In this document: piece after piece, positions 1 through 10,280 of the stretch
Numbering within the stretch: position 1 is the stretch's first letter
Layout: each line of letters opens with the position of its first letter
Assembly (NCBI GenBank): GCA_963710685.1
Contig: CAVQBH010000009.1
Span: 555,818 to 619,817 of the forward strand
DNA: 64,000 bases
From: an uncultured Methanomassiliicoccales archaeon
GTDB lineage: Archaea; Thermoplasmatota; Thermoplasmata; Methanomassiliicoccales; UBA472
Direction of reading: 5' to 3'
Position numbers and translations under genes: made by a program
Notes under the pieces: model-generated
The model's database searches: none
What the model was told of the DNA's origin: nothing
What the model saw: the letters and a program-made list of their open reading frames with translations, nothing else

Positions 1-25
1 GTCGGGTTCATGATCGGATGAGAAC

Positions 26-637
26 ATGAAAGGCTGCCATTTCCAAGATGTTCCGGGAAAGAAGGGCATATGCCTCAGGGCCCCTGGCCGGCCGGGGGTT
101 CGCCAGCCCCATCACTGGACCTGTGACGAGCACCGGGAGGAGAGATGTCAGTACCGGGCATGGGATGTCGAAACGAGACTGCAGGTGGTCCGGCAACGGT
201 CTGAGCTGACGGACACCTGTCCCGCATGCCAGGATAGGCACGGCAGCTTAGCCGAGCTGTACGCCTGCGTTTGCCGTCATCGGATGGAGGCTGCTTTCAA
301 GACCGCTCCCGACTTCCTCGAAGAGGGAAGCCTCGAGGACCTTTTCGAAGGGGCACCGCTGATGATAAGGACCAACATGTGGAGAAAGCTGAGGGCAGCG
401 ATAGTGGAACGCGACCGCGCCGCCTGTCAGGACTGCGGAAGAGAATTGGCACGCCTGCCGAAATGGTACACCGAGGTGCATCACATCATCCCCCGGGTGC
501 GTGGAGGCGGCGACCATCCAGCAAATCTGAAGACGCTTTGCGTCGAGTGCCACAGGAAGTACACCGACGAGATGCTCCTGTCCCGCATCCAGCGCACCGA
601 TGAAGCCTACCAGGCGGCCATCCTCTTCAAGAAGTAG
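26..637 (+). CDS. HNH endonuclease domain protein
   Basis: C-terminal HNH signature EVHHIIPRVRGGGDHPANLKTLCVECH preceded by CQDCG. N-terminal part is Cys-rich. Start uncertain (alternative ATG at 284). Confidence 0.7.
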   Translation: MKGCHFQDVPGKKGICLRAPGRPGVRQPHHWTCDEHREERCQYRAWDVETRLQVVRQRSELTDTCPACQDRHGSLAELYACVCRHRMEAAFKTAPDFLEEGSLEDLFEGAPLMIRTNMWRKLRAAIVERDRAACQDCGRELARLPKWYTEVHHIIPRVRGGGDHPANLKTLCVECHRKYTDEMLLSRIQRTDEAYQAAILFKK

Positions 638-653
638 ACCACGAGGAACATGG

Positions 654-2078
654 CTATTTGGACCGTTCCCCGAACGCCTTCAGGCCGGTGCTGACGACCT
701 CCCGGGCCCGGGGGTTGAAGATGTTGCTGAACACGACGTGGCGCGCGGTCTTGTTGTGTGCGAGTAGGGACATGAGCTCCACCACCCCGGACATGTTCTT
801 CCAGGCGTTCAGGTAGGCGTCGTAGCCCTGCTGCACCAGGCCTTCCATCTTGTCCCGGTCCTTATCTCTGATGTATTCGTAGACTCGGTGGTTGCGTTTC
901 CATTCATCCGGTCCGATGATGCCATCGGCCTCCATCTGCTTCCACAACGGTGTGCCGACCAGGTAGTCAAGTATGTTGATCTCGACGGCGTGAGGCCTTA
1001 TCCGCGAGATGAAATCGATGGTCTTTCTTATCTCATCGTCGGACTCCACCGGCGCCCCGAGTATGAACGAGGTCACCACGATCATGTCGGCCTCCTTGGC
1101 GTTCTCCACCGCGGAGACGATCTGGGCTGGCCTTATCTTCTTGTTGTAGTAATCGAGCACCGTCTCCGAGGCTGATTCGGCACCGAAGTACATCACGTCG
1201 AACCCGGCCTTCTTCATGGTCCTGAGCATCTTGAGTGAGGCGTTGTTCACCCGGCCCTCGCAATAGAACTGCATCCTGATGCCCCGTTCACGGATCAGCG
1301 AACAGATCTTTTCCACCCTCTCTTCCCGGTGGGTGAAGTTGTCGTCGACCAGGACCGCGCTCTTGTAGCCTTCATCGTAGAGCATCTGCATCTCTTCGAC
1401 GACGTTCTCCGCGCTCCGGTATCGCCACTTCCTAAGCGAGAAGGCCGCGCAGGAACAGTAGGAACAGTTGAAGGGACATCCCCGAGAGGTGGAGATGGTG
1501 GTGAACTTTCCGAACGTCAGTGGGATGCCCTGCATGGTGTAACCGTAATCGACCCCCGAGAGCAGTTTGCGGTCCGGCATCGGCAGCGCGTCAAGGTCCT
1601 CGACGATGGCGATCTGGTTCGAAATGAGCCTGCCCTCGTCCAAGTAACTTATACCCGCCACCCGATCGGGCTTGGCCCCGGATTCTATGCAGTTCAGCAG
1701 GTCGATCATAGCCTCTTCCGCCTCGCCCTTTATGATGTAATCGATGAACGGATATCCACGCAGGATCTGCTCCGCGGCGAAGGTGGCATGGTAACCTCCC
1801 AAGATGATGACCGTTTCCGGCAGGCGTTCCGATATCTTCCGGATCGTCTCGATGGCCTGTAGAAAGGTATGGGTCGAACAGTTCATACCGAACACCTCCG
1901 GCCTCTCCTTGGCTGCGAGCTCGACCAGCTGATCGCCGTCCATGTTCAGGCAGAAGGCGTCCACGACCGTGATCTCGTCATTCCGGTGCTTTTTCAGATT
2001 AGCCGCTATGTAAAGAAGGCCAAGCGGAGGCCATAGCTCCATTGTCTTCGCCGGCGGCGTGGTTATCATTATCTTCAT
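654..2078 (-). CDS. B12-binding-domain radical SAM protein
   Basis: Uninterrupted 474-aa ORF. N-terminal B12-binding-like region followed by the radical-SAM cluster motif RGCPFNCSYCS (CxxxCxxC). Confidence 0.85.
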   Translation of the reverse strand: MKIMITTPPAKTMELWPPLGLLYIAANLKKHRNDEITVVDAFCLNMDGDQLVELAAKERPEVFGMNCSTHTFLQAIETIRKISERLPETVIILGGYHATFAAEQILRGYPFIDYIIKGEAEEAMIDLLNCIESGAKPDRVAGISYLDEGRLISNQIAIVEDLDALPMPDRKLLSGVDYGYTMQGIPLTFGKFTTISTSRGCPFNCSYCSCAAFSLRKWRYRSAENVVEEMQMLYDEGYKSAVLVDDNFTHREERVEKICSLIRERGIRMQFYCEGRVNNASLKMLRTMKKAGFDVMYFGAESASETVLDYYNKKIRPAQIVSAVENAKEADMIVVTSFILGAPVESDDEIRKTIDFISRIRPHAVEINILDYLVGTPLWKQMEADGIIGPDEWKRNHRVYEYIRDKDRDKMEGLVQQGYDAYLNAWKNMSGVVELMSLLAHNKTARHVVFSNIFNPRAREVVSTGLKAFGERSK

Positions 2079-2203
2079 GAGGTCTCAGATCCATTTGACG
2101 AAGGATTGGATGGAATAATAGTGAGACTTCCAGACTAAATCATTTTGCCTCCCCGGTACCGGCCCAGAAATAGATTAATATCGAACAACGACGAAATACC
2201 AGC

Positions 2204-2647
2204 ATGGAGGCTCGGAGGCCATTGATAAGGAGAGCCGGACGGGAAGACTATGAGGGCATAATCACCCTCTGGAACCGCGCCGGACTGCATCATCAACCTG
2301 AGGGGAGGGATTCCAGGGCAAGTCTGGAAAGGGAGATGGAAGATCCGGACGTGGACTTCCTGGTGGCGCTGGCCGGGGACAGGGTCATCGGTTCGGTCAT
2401 CGGCACCAACGATGGCAGGAAAGGTTGGGTGAACCGCCTGGCCACCGACCCCGACCGCCAGGGAGAAGGTGTCGCGGCCGAGCTGGTGGAAACGGTCGAG
2501 CTTCTTTTCAAAGCCCGTTCCCTGAAGATCTTCAGCTGCCTGATCAATGCCGAGAACATGCCGTCCCGGGCCCTGTTCGAAGGGAACGGATATGTCCTCC
2601 GTACGGAGGTCTTGTACTATTCCAAAAAGGTCGACCCCGACGTATGA
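2204..2647 (+). CDS. GNAT family N-acetyltransferase
   Basis: 147 aa. Acetyl-CoA motif A RKGWVNRLATDPDRQGEGVAAELV (Q/RxxGxG/A). Confidence 0.8.
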   Translation: MEARRPLIRRAGREDYEGIITLWNRAGLHHQPEGRDSRASLEREMEDPDVDFLVALAGDRVIGSVIGTNDGRKGWVNRLATDPDRQGEGVAAELVETVELLFKARSLKIFSCLINAENMPSRALFEGNGYVLRTEVLYYSKKVDPDV

Positions 2648-2716
2648 TCTTTTTATTATCATCTGCTGGAAAAGGACGGAACACTATATCTCAGGACAAG
2701 GCAAATCAGGCCTTGA

Positions 2717-5458
2717 ATGGCGGAACCCCCGGAATCGACCATAAGAGTTTTGGTCGTCGATGATGAGACGACCCTTCTAGAGATAGCCAGGGATTTCCTG
2801 GAGCAGGTCCCTGGCATCGTGGTCGATGTGGAATTGTCCCCGTTCAATGCGCTTCAGATGCTATCGTCACATGATTATGACGTGGTGGTCTCCGACTATC
2901 AGATGCCAGGGATGGACGGCATCCAGTTTCTCAAGCGTCTCCGCTCCCGGGGCGATGACATACCTTTCATTCTGTTCACTGGAAAAGGCCGGGAAGAGGT
3001 GGCCATGGAAGCCCTCAATAACGGCGCGGACTATTATATCCAGAAGGGAGTGCAGGTCAGACCGATGTTCGCGGAACTGGCCAACATGGTGCGGCGGAGC
3101 GTCGAGCACAAAAGGATCCTCCGGTCGATCAAGGAGAACGAGATCAAGTACCGCAAACTGTTCAACAGCAATCGGGACGCCATACTGGTCTGGAAGCTGA
3201 ACGGGGAAGGCCGTTTGGTCGATGTCAACGACAAGGCCTGCTCGCTGCTTCACTACTCCCGCGAGGAACTTCTGGGAATGGACAAGAACGATCTCCTGGC
3301 CCCTGGGCGCACCAGCGAGAATTTCGTGGTAAAGGACCTGCGCACCAGCGAGGGCGAGGAGTCCGTCGAGCTGACCTTGTTCTCCAAGGCCATGGAGGAG
3401 ATACCCTGCCTGGTCACGACGAATGCCATAGAGATAAACAGGGTCGGACATGCCATCTCCATCGTACGGGACCAGAGGGACAAGCACCGTTCCGATAAGG
3501 AGGCCGAGGAAAGGGAGGCGAGGTTCCATGCGATCTTTGAGAACTCGGCCACCGGCATCGCCCTGGAAGACTCGGACCGCAGGATCTTGGAATGCAATCC
3601 GGCGTTGGCACGGACATTCCATAAAAAGTGCGCCGAGCTCCGGGGGACCATAGCCTATGACCTCATGGACCCGGAATGTGCGAAGGACCGGTCCGAGTTC
3701 GCCCGCCTGATGAGCGGCGAAATAGATCAGTTCACGAAGGAGAACCTGTATCGTGATGCGGATGGCCTGCCCATATGGGGCAACGTGCACTTCTCACGAA
3801 TTCAGGATGACGGAAGGAGCCTGGCACTGGCCATGGTGGAGGACGTGACCAAGAGAAGGCAGACGGAGAACCTCCAGACGTCGCTCTACCAGATTTCGCA
3901 GGCGACCGTGTCCTCGCCCAATCTGGATGTCCTTTACGGCAGGCTGCACGAGATACTTTCCGGGCTGATGCCGGCCAAGAACTTCTTCATCGGTCTGGTC
4001 ACCGATGACGGCGAATCGATGGCCTTCCCCTACTTCGTGGACGAAAAGGACCCCAACCCCGGCAGCGTGCGCAGGTGCCGGACCACATCGAACTATGTTA
4101 TCAGGACCGGTAAGCCCCTGTTCATGGACAAGCCTCTGTGGGCCAAGCTGATCGCCGAAGGAGAGATCGTCCCATCCGGCACCCTGCCCATCCATTGGAT
4201 GGGAGCCCCGCTGAAAGTGGGGGGGAGGACCATAGGGGTGATGGCGGTCCAGAGCTATACCGGAACGGTCAGATACAGCGAGATGGACCAGGAGATTCTC
4301 ATGTTCGTCTCCGACCACGTGGCTCTGGCCATAGACCTTAAGAGGTCGGAAGAGGCGCTGAAGGAAAGCCAACGCACACTGTCCACCCTGATGGGGAACC
4401 TGCCGGGCATGGCCTACCGTTCCCGCAACGACGAGCGTTGGACCATGGATTTCATTTCCGAAGGTTGCCGCAGCCTCACCGGATACTCTCCCCAGGAGAT
4501 CATCGGTAACAGTCTCATCGGCTACAATGACCTGATCCATCCGGAAGACCGGAAGTTGGTCACGGAGGAGATAAGAAAGGCCATAGAGGGGAAGAACCAG
4601 TTCCATGTGGAATACCGTTTGATAGCCAGGGACGGGACCGTCCGATGGCTCTGGGAACAGGGATGTCCGATATACGGCACGACAGGGGCAATGGTCGGAC
4701 TGGAAGGCTTCATCACCGATGTTTCAATGCGAAAAAGGGCCCAGGAGAACGTTAGACTGGCGAATCGGAAGCTTACCCTGCTCGGAGACCTCACCAGGCA
4801 TGACGTGCTCAATCGGGTCACCATGCTCTCCGGTTATCTGGAACTGATCGACAAGAACGCCAAGGACGAGAAGGTCCTCCGCTATGCGGAGAAGGCCATG
4901 ATGGCCGCCCGATCCATCGGGGAGCAGATGGAATTCATTCGGGAATATCAGGGGGTGGGTATCGGAGAACCGGAATGGTTCGACATGGACCAGCTTGCAA
5001 GCCGGGCCATCTCGAAGACCGATTTTGGAAGCATCGGCATCAGTTATGAGCTGGACGGGCTGTCCATATATGCCGATCCGATGATAGAGAAGGTCTTCGG
5101 CAACCTGATGGAGAACTCCGTCAAGCATGGCATGACCGCGTCCAACATCACGATCTCCTATCTCAAAGGGAAAGACTCCCTGGAGATATATTTCAAGGAT
5201 GATGGGACGGGGATTCCCCCAGATTCGAAGCTGCAGCTCTTCGACAGGAGCTACAAGCATCGGTTGGGCCACGGCATGAACTTCATACAGGAGGTGCTGC
5301 GCATCACCGGGCTGGAGATAGACGAGATCGGACTGCCCGGAAAAGGGGCCCTGTTCCGCATCAAGGTGCCGACTGGATGCTATCGGATGAAGGAGGGCCT
5401 GGGTAAAAGCTTTATGAACGACGCTTTCGTTACTGGAGAAGAGAGGGCCGTGAAATAA
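2717..5458 (+). CDS. hybrid sensor: receiver domain + PAS/GAF/PAS + histidine kinase
   Basis: N-terminal receiver (VLVVDDE...VVVSDYQMPGMDG). PAS-like repeats and a GAF-like segment. Phospho-acceptor region LTRHDVLNRV. HATPase_c motifs (ENSVKHG, DDGTGIP, GHGMNF). Confidence 0.85.
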   Translation: MAEPPESTIRVLVVDDETTLLEIARDFLEQVPGIVVDVELSPFNALQMLSSHDYDVVVSDYQMPGMDGIQFLKRLRSRGDDIPFILFTGKGREEVAMEALNNGADYYIQKGVQVRPMFAELANMVRRSVEHKRILRSIKENEIKYRKLFNSNRDAILVWKLNGEGRLVDVNDKACSLLHYSREELLGMDKNDLLAPGRTSENFVVKDLRTSEGEESVELTLFSKAMEEIPCLVTTNAIEINRVGHAISIVRDQRDKHRSDKEAEEREARFHAIFENSATGIALEDSDRRILECNPALARTFHKKCAELRGTIAYDLMDPECAKDRSEFARLMSGEIDQFTKENLYRDADGLPIWGNVHFSRIQDDGRSLALAMVEDVTKRRQTENLQTSLYQISQATVSSPNLDVLYGRLHEILSGLMPAKNFFIGLVTDDGESMAFPYFVDEKDPNPGSVRRCRTTSNYVIRTGKPLFMDKPLWAKLIAEGEIVPSGTLPIHWMGAPLKVGGRTIGVMAVQSYTGTVRYSEMDQEILMFVSDHVALAIDLKRSEEALKESQRTLSTLMGNLPGMAYRSRNDERWTMDFISEGCRSLTGYSPQEIIGNSLIGYNDLIHPEDRKLVTEEIRKAIEGKNQFHVEYRLIARDGTVRWLWEQGCPIYGTTGAMVGLEGFITDVSMRKRAQENVRLANRKLTLLGDLTRHDVLNRVTMLSGYLELIDKNAKDEKVLRYAEKAMMAARSIGEQMEFIREYQGVGIGEPEWFDMDQLASRAISKTDFGSIGISYELDGLSIYADPMIEKVFGNLMENSVKHGMTASNITISYLKGKDSLEIYFKDDGTGIPPDSKLQLFDRSYKHRLGHGMNFIQEVLRITGLEIDEIGLPGKGALFRIKVPTGCYRMKEGLGKSFMNDAFVTGEERAVK

Positions 5459-5847
5459 TGAACGTCATCCTGGCCATCGATGCGCAATCGTTTTCCAGCA
5501 AGACGGCAAAGTATGCCATCGAGTACGCCAAGCGGATGGGAGGGGACCTTGTCATCCTGGCGGTCCTGAGCCGCAAAGAACTGGAGGAAAATCCCCGCCT
5601 GGTCAAGTTCACCCAGATCGTCATGTCCCGCATAAAGACGGAGGCGGGGGACGAAGGAGTGGACGCCAAGACCCTGCTGGAGAGCGGCCCCCCCGTGGAG
5701 TCGATCCTGCTCGAAGCTGACCGGATCAGGGCGACGGCGATAATCCTGAGCCCATCCCTCAAGACCGGCATGGACAAGTTCATGATCGGCAGCGTCTCCG
5801 AGGGCTTGATCAAAGGGGCCAAATGCCCGATCATAATCGTAAAATAA
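5458..5847 (+). CDS. universal stress protein (UspA family)
   Basis: 129 aa. USP C-terminal signature GSVSEGLIKGAKCPIIIV. Its ATG overlaps the kinase stop (TAATG), suggesting co-translation. Confidence 0.8.
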   Translation: MNVILAIDAQSFSSKTAKYAIEYAKRMGGDLVILAVLSRKELEENPRLVKFTQIVMSRIKTEAGDEGVDAKTLLESGPPVESILLEADRIRATAIILSPSLKTGMDKFMIGSVSEGLIKGAKCPIIIVK

Positions 5848-5994
5848 CGTTAGCCACCTCGAACGGCGTGTTCCCATACCGTTTTGAAGCCAGTGAATCC
5901 ACTGAAAGGTTGCTTCTTCGGCCCCTCGCCCAAAGTGTATTTTGAAAAGTTATATCGGAGGGCACGTCGATGGCTTCTAGAGGAAGGTGGGATC

Positions 5995-6384
5995 ATGAAC
6001 ATCCTATTGGCAACGGACGGGAAAGAACACTCGGCCAAGGCCGTCAGATACGCTTTCGATCATGCGAAGGATCATAAGGCTACGCTTTTCGTGGTGTTCG
6101 TGGTCAGCCCCAAGGCGGACGAGGACAAGGAACGCGTCATCAGGATCGGACTGGATGAGTTGGACCGACTGAAGGACATGGCCTCCAAGGAAGGCATCGA
6201 CATCAAAACGATGCTCGAGGCCGGCTCCCCCTACGACACCATCCTGAAGGCCTCGGACCGGGTGAACGCCAACGAGATCGTGGTCGGAACATCTGGAAAG
6301 ACCGTCATAGACCGGGTGCTGATCGGCAGCGTCTCCGAATATGTGGTGCGTAACGCCAAATGCACCGTCATAGTCGTCCGGTGA
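5995..6384 (+). CDS. universal stress protein (UspA family)
   Basis: MNILLATDGKEHS...GSVSEYVVRNAKCTVIVV. ATG at 5995, preceded by purine-rich aggaaggtgg, is preferred over the ORF-track start at 5884. Confidence 0.8.
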   Translation: MNILLATDGKEHSAKAVRYAFDHAKDHKATLFVVFVVSPKADEDKERVIRIGLDELDRLKDMASKEGIDIKTMLEAGSPYDTILKASDRVNANEIVVGTSGKTVIDRVLIGSVSEYVVRNAKCTVIVVR

Positions 6385-6389
6385 GCCCA

Positions 6390-6896
6390 CTAGGACCGCG
6401 GCGCTTCCGCGACCGTGTCCTTCTTCATTTTTGATTCCATGAGGTCCAGCGCCACCATTATGCCCTGGATGATGGCCTGGGGCCGAGGGGGGCATCCGGG
6501 GATGAAGACGTCGACCGGAACCGCTGAGCTGACGCCGTGCGAACAGGCATAGGTGTCGGCGAACAGCCCGCCGCTGATGGCGCACACCCCCATCGCCACG
6601 ACGATCTTCGGGTTGGGCGTGGCGTTGTATGTCCGGATAAGCGCATGCTCCATGTTCCGGGTCACAGGACCGGTGACCAACAGCATGTCGGCAAAGCGCG
6701 GCGAGGCCACGATGTGCAGGCCGAACCGCTCAATGTCGTAGATGGCGTTGGTGAGGGCGTTGACCTCCACCTCGCAGGCGTTGCATGAGCCGGCATCCAC
6801 CTCCCTGATCGATAGCGAACGGCCAAGCACCTTCTTGATCCGCTCGTCCAGCTTCCGACCCAGGACCTCGAAGTTCTGCTCACTGTTTTCTGTCAA
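6390..6896 (-). CDS. NuoB/HycG-type small subunit of a group-4-hydrogenase-like/complex-I-like module
   Basis: The Cys ligands of the proximal 4Fe-4S cluster are all present: GSCNACEVE, GVCAISGG, PGCPPRP. Confidence 0.85.
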   Translation of the reverse strand: MTENSEQNFEVLGRKLDERIKKVLGRSLSIREVDAGSCNACEVEVNALTNAIYDIERFGLHIVASPRFADMLLVTGPVTRNMEHALIRTYNATPNPKIVVAMGVCAISGGLFADTYACSHGVSSAVPVDVFIPGCPPRPQAIIQGIMVALDLMESKMKKDTVAEAPRS

Positions 6897-7215
6897 TCCG
6901 GTACACCACCTTCAGGTCCTGAGCTTCCTTGGCGGCCAGCTCGAACTTCTTTGACATCCTGATCGCCTGCTCCGGACAATGCCGGGCGCATTCGCCGCAG
7001 AAGATGCACAGGCCAATGTCGATGGAGATCGTGTTGTAGCTATCGTCGATCGCACCGGTAGGGCAGACCTGCACACAGGCCTTGTCCATCCTGCAAGCGT
7101 GGACATCGATCTCCGGCATGCCCATATGGCCGTCGTAGGGCTCGTAGGGCCGGTCAGGATAGTCTCCCGTCACCACCCCCTTCTTCATCACTCCCTTGGT
7201 GTACCATCTGAACAT
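6880..7215 (-). CDS. 2x[4Fe-4S] ferredoxin-type subunit (HycF/NuoI-like)
   Basis: Two ferredoxin Cys clusters (CRMDKACVQVCP and CIFCGECARHCP). Overlaps the downstream small-subunit gene by 17 nt. Confidence 0.8.
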   Translation of the reverse strand: MFRWYTKGVMKKGVVTGDYPDRPYEPYDGHMGMPEIDVHACRMDKACVQVCPTGAIDDSYNTISIDIGLCIFCGECARHCPEQAIRMSKKFELAAKEAQDLKVVYRIDRKQ

Positions 7216-7224
7216 GTGCTCACC

Positions 7225-8811
7225 TCACAGATCGTTCCCAGCATAGGAGAGGCTGAGGCTCTTGTTAACCAACGGGAAGTCCGGGACGATGTTACCCAGG
7301 ACTGCGAACTCTATCGCAAGCCAGTTGCTGAAGGAGGGATCCCGGACCTTGTGCCGGAAGGGGACGCCCTGTCCGGCCATGATCCAATGCATCGCTTCGC
7401 CGCGCGGTGTCTCGACCAGGCTCATCCCCACCTTCTTCTCCGGCACTTCCCCCATCTTCACCGCGATATCCGAACCCTTCAACGAGTCCAGCGCCTGTTC
7501 GATGATGCTCACGGACTCGTTTATCTCGTCGATCCTGACCTTGGTCCTTGCCAGAATGTCCCCTTCCCGATAGACCGGTACGGTGAAGCTCATGCGCTTG
7601 TACGCCGCATAGGGATGGTCGCGCCTGACGTCCCGGTCGACCCCGCTTCCCCTGGCGGCCGGACCCACCAGGTCCATGTTCTTGGCGATGTCGTACGATA
7701 TCGTCCCGGTGACCTCGATCCGGTCCATCAGCGAAGGCATGTCCATGATCATCGCCACCCATTCGTCCAGGTCCAGTTTGGTCCCGACAAGGGTCGATTT
7801 GATCTTGTTGGCGTGTTCCCTGCTGATGTCCTTCCTGACCCCGCCCAGCGTGTTCACCGAGCGAAGGAATCGACTGCCAGTCAGCCAATCGTTCAGGTCC
7901 ATGATGCGTTCCTTGAGGATGTAGGCCTGTTGCGCCCCGACATTGAACGCCGTGTCCAGTGCGATGCCCCCCAGGTCGCCGATGTGATTGTATATGCGCT
8001 CCAGCTCCAGCAGCGCGGTCCTGATGTTCTCCGCCCTTTCGGGCACCTGGACATCGGCGATCGATTCCATGGTCTGACAATAAGCCGTGGAATGGGCGAA
8101 TCCGTTGTCGCCGGATATCCGCTCCGCCAGGAACACCCCGCGATGATACGGGGTGGACTCGGACAGCTTCTCCACGCCCCGATGAACGTAGCCCATCCGG
8201 ATCTCGAGGTTGATTATCGGTTCGCCGGCAACGCTGAAACGGAAATGTCCTGGTTCGATGACCCCCGCGTGGACTGGACCGACCGGGATCACGAACACAC
8301 CCTCTCCCTCGACCGGCCGGTAGGGATAGTCGGTCCTGATCCGTTCTATCTTCGACTCTATGTCAAAGTCCTTGCGCAGCGGATAGTAGCCGAGGGGCCA
8401 GTCGTCCCATAGCACCAGCGGCCGCGGGTCCGGGTGTCCCAAGGCGGTGATTCCGAACATGTCCATTATCTCGCGTTCATACCAATAGGCGGCGAATATC
8501 TCCGAGGTCAGCGTGCGGTAGGCCGGCAATGATTCGTCGATCTTTGTGGCCAGCGTCAGGAACAGGTCCTTCCGGGGCAGCGAGAATATGGTGTACAGGC
8601 AGAAGTTCAAGGTATGCTCCCGCTCGTCCGTGGCATGCTGGGAGATGAGGGTCACGTGATAGCGCCGGTTGAGGTGGGCCACCATGTCGGGGAGCGAGTC
8701 CTTGGTCACGTCTATGCGAAGGTTCCGCCCCTCGAACGAGGTCGAGACGACCCCGATGGCCACCTGCGGCGGGAGGTCCTCCAATATTTCCGTCAGATAC
8801 TCCTCGCTCAT
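7225..8811 (-). CDS. fused NuoC/NuoD-like (HycE/HyfG-like) large subunit lacking all four [NiFe] cysteine ligands
   Basis: HycE-type core GPVHAGVIEPGHFRF. The N-terminal ligand motif reads ERISGDNGFAHS instead of RxCGxCxxxH (S233, N236). The C-terminal motif reads SLSLSYAGNDL-stop instead of SLDPCxxCxxR (S522, G525). Confidence 0.85.
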   Translation of the reverse strand: MSEEYLTEILEDLPPQVAIGVVSTSFEGRNLRIDVTKDSLPDMVAHLNRRYHVTLISQHATDEREHTLNFCLYTIFSLPRKDLFLTLATKIDESLPAYRTLTSEIFAAYWYEREIMDMFGITALGHPDPRPLVLWDDWPLGYYPLRKDFDIESKIERIRTDYPYRPVEGEGVFVIPVGPVHAGVIEPGHFRFSVAGEPIINLEIRMGYVHRGVEKLSESTPYHRGVFLAERISGDNGFAHSTAYCQTMESIADVQVPERAENIRTALLELERIYNHIGDLGGIALDTAFNVGAQQAYILKERIMDLNDWLTGSRFLRSVNTLGGVRKDISREHANKIKSTLVGTKLDLDEWVAMIMDMPSLMDRIEVTGTISYDIAKNMDLVGPAARGSGVDRDVRRDHPYAAYKRMSFTVPVYREGDILARTKVRIDEINESVSIIEQALDSLKGSDIAVKMGEVPEKKVGMSLVETPRGEAMHWIMAGQGVPFRHKVRDPSFSNWLAIEFAVLGNIVPDFPLVNKSLSLSYAGNDL

Positions 8812-10280
8812 GGGAACGCCCCCGCAGATACCCCGAACAGGTTCGCGATGTTGACCAGCAGGTCATGCAGCTGGGACGGAATGAATATGCCCATCACCAG
8901 TATCATGATCAGCAGCGCCCCCATGGGCAGGAACCTGGAACGCTCCAGTTCTCCCTTCGGTACCCCTTCCGTCGGCTCACCGAACATCATCTTGCTGACG
9001 TGGTACATGAAAGCTGCGAATATCACCGAGAGCAACAGGATATAGGTGCCGGCCGCGAGATAGTTGGTCGCAGACAGACTCCCGGTCAGTATGGTCACCT
9101 CGGACAGGAATATGCTGAACGGCGGCGATCCGGTGATGGCCAGGGCACCGGCTATGAACAGGACCGCGGTGACCGGCATGAGCGTGGAAACCCCCTTGAT
9201 AGCGGAGATGTCCCGGGTTTTGAACTTCTGCAGGAGATTGCCCGCTCCCAGGAACATCAGGCACTTGGTGAGGGCATGGTTCAACATGTGCAGTAGCGCA
9301 CCGAAGATGCCCAGGAACCCGCCGATTCCGAAACCGAAGGCGATGATCCCCATGTGCTCGATCGAGGAGTAGGCGAGCAGCCGCTTGAAATCCCGGGCCA
9401 TTATGATGAAGGCCGCCGCCACCGCCATCGACACCAATCCGAATATCAGGAGCAGCGTGGACGAGAACCCGGGAACCGTGACCGAGGTGATGAGGTGGAA
9501 ACGGAGTATGCCGTACATCGCACAGTTCAGGAGCACGCCGGACAGCAGAGCGCTCACCGGTGTCGGGGCCTGGGAATGGGCGTCCGGCAACCAGGTGTGC
9601 ATGGGGGCGAGGCCCACCTTGGTACCGTAGCCCACCATGATCAGGATGAAAGATATCTTCAACAGCGTGGGGTCCAGGTGGGAGGCGTTGCTCATCAGGG
9701 TGGACCAGTTCAGGGCATCGGAGGACTCCCCCAGCCAGGAGACCGATGATGCGTAAGCAAGGATCGTCCCGAACAATGCCAGGGTGATGCCCACCGAACA
9801 GATGATCAGATACTTCCAGGCCGCTTCGACGGCCATGTCGTTCTCCGTGAATCCGACCAGGAACGCGGACGCCAGCGTCGTGGCCTCGATGGCTATCCAC
9901 ATTATCCCCAGGTTGTTGCTGATGACCACCATCAGCATGGTGAACATGAAGATGTTGAACAGCACGTAGTAGTATTTGGCCCGGTCCACCGAGAGCTCCT
10001 TCTCCCTGACCTCGTGGCCGATGTACGGTATCGAGTAGATCATCGCCATCAGCCCGATGAAGGTGATTATGAACAGCATGTACGCGCTCAGCGAATCCAG
10101 GTACCATACGCTGTACTCGATGTTGCCGTTGGTCATCACGTCATAGATCACGTAGCAGGCGACGGCGAAGAGTGCGGCGATGCCCGCGGCGGAGATGAGC
10201 TCCATCTGACGGCGGGACCTGGTGAAGAAGACCAGAATCCCGGTGATGATGGGGATGGAGATCATCAGTTCGAGCATCAT
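8808..10280 (-). CDS. NuoM/NuoN/HyfF/MrpD-type antiporter-like membrane subunit
   Basis: 490-aa polytopic protein with typical family blocks (WLPDAHSQAPTPVSALLSG, LAYSSIEHMG). ATGA overlap with the large-subunit gene. Confidence 0.8.
   Translation of the reverse strand: MMLELMISIPIITGILVFFTRSRRQMELISAAGIAALFAVACYVIYDVMTNGNIEYSVWYLDSLSAYMLFIITFIGLMAMIYSIPYIGHEVREKELSVDRAKYYYVLFNIFMFTMLMVVISNNLGIMWIAIEATTLASAFLVGFTENDMAVEAAWKYLIICSVGITLALFGTILAYASSVSWLGESSDALNWSTLMSNASHLDPTLLKISFILIMVGYGTKVGLAPMHTWLPDAHSQAPTPVSALLSGVLLNCAMYGILRFHLITSVTVPGFSSTLLLIFGLVSMAVAAAFIIMARDFKRLLAYSSIEHMGIIAFGFGIGGFLGIFGALLHMLNHALTKCLMFLGAGNLLQKFKTRDISAIKGVSTLMPVTAVLFIAGALAITGSPPFSIFLSEVTILTGSLSATNYLAAGTYILLLSVIFAAFMYHVSKMMFGEPTEGVPKGELERSRFLPMGALLIMILVMGIFIPSQLHDLLVNIANLFGVSAGAFP

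Noticed and set aside
6979-8412. Very long ORFs antisense to well-supported genes. Examples are 6979-8412 (477 aa), 23001-24032, 28524-29297, 38734-39597, 42322-43320, 52922-54199 and 57150-58103.
   Set aside because: All lie opposite genes with clear family motifs, are R/G/P/H/D/L-rich with no recognisable domains, and are the expected stop-poor shadow frames of a ~60% GC genome.
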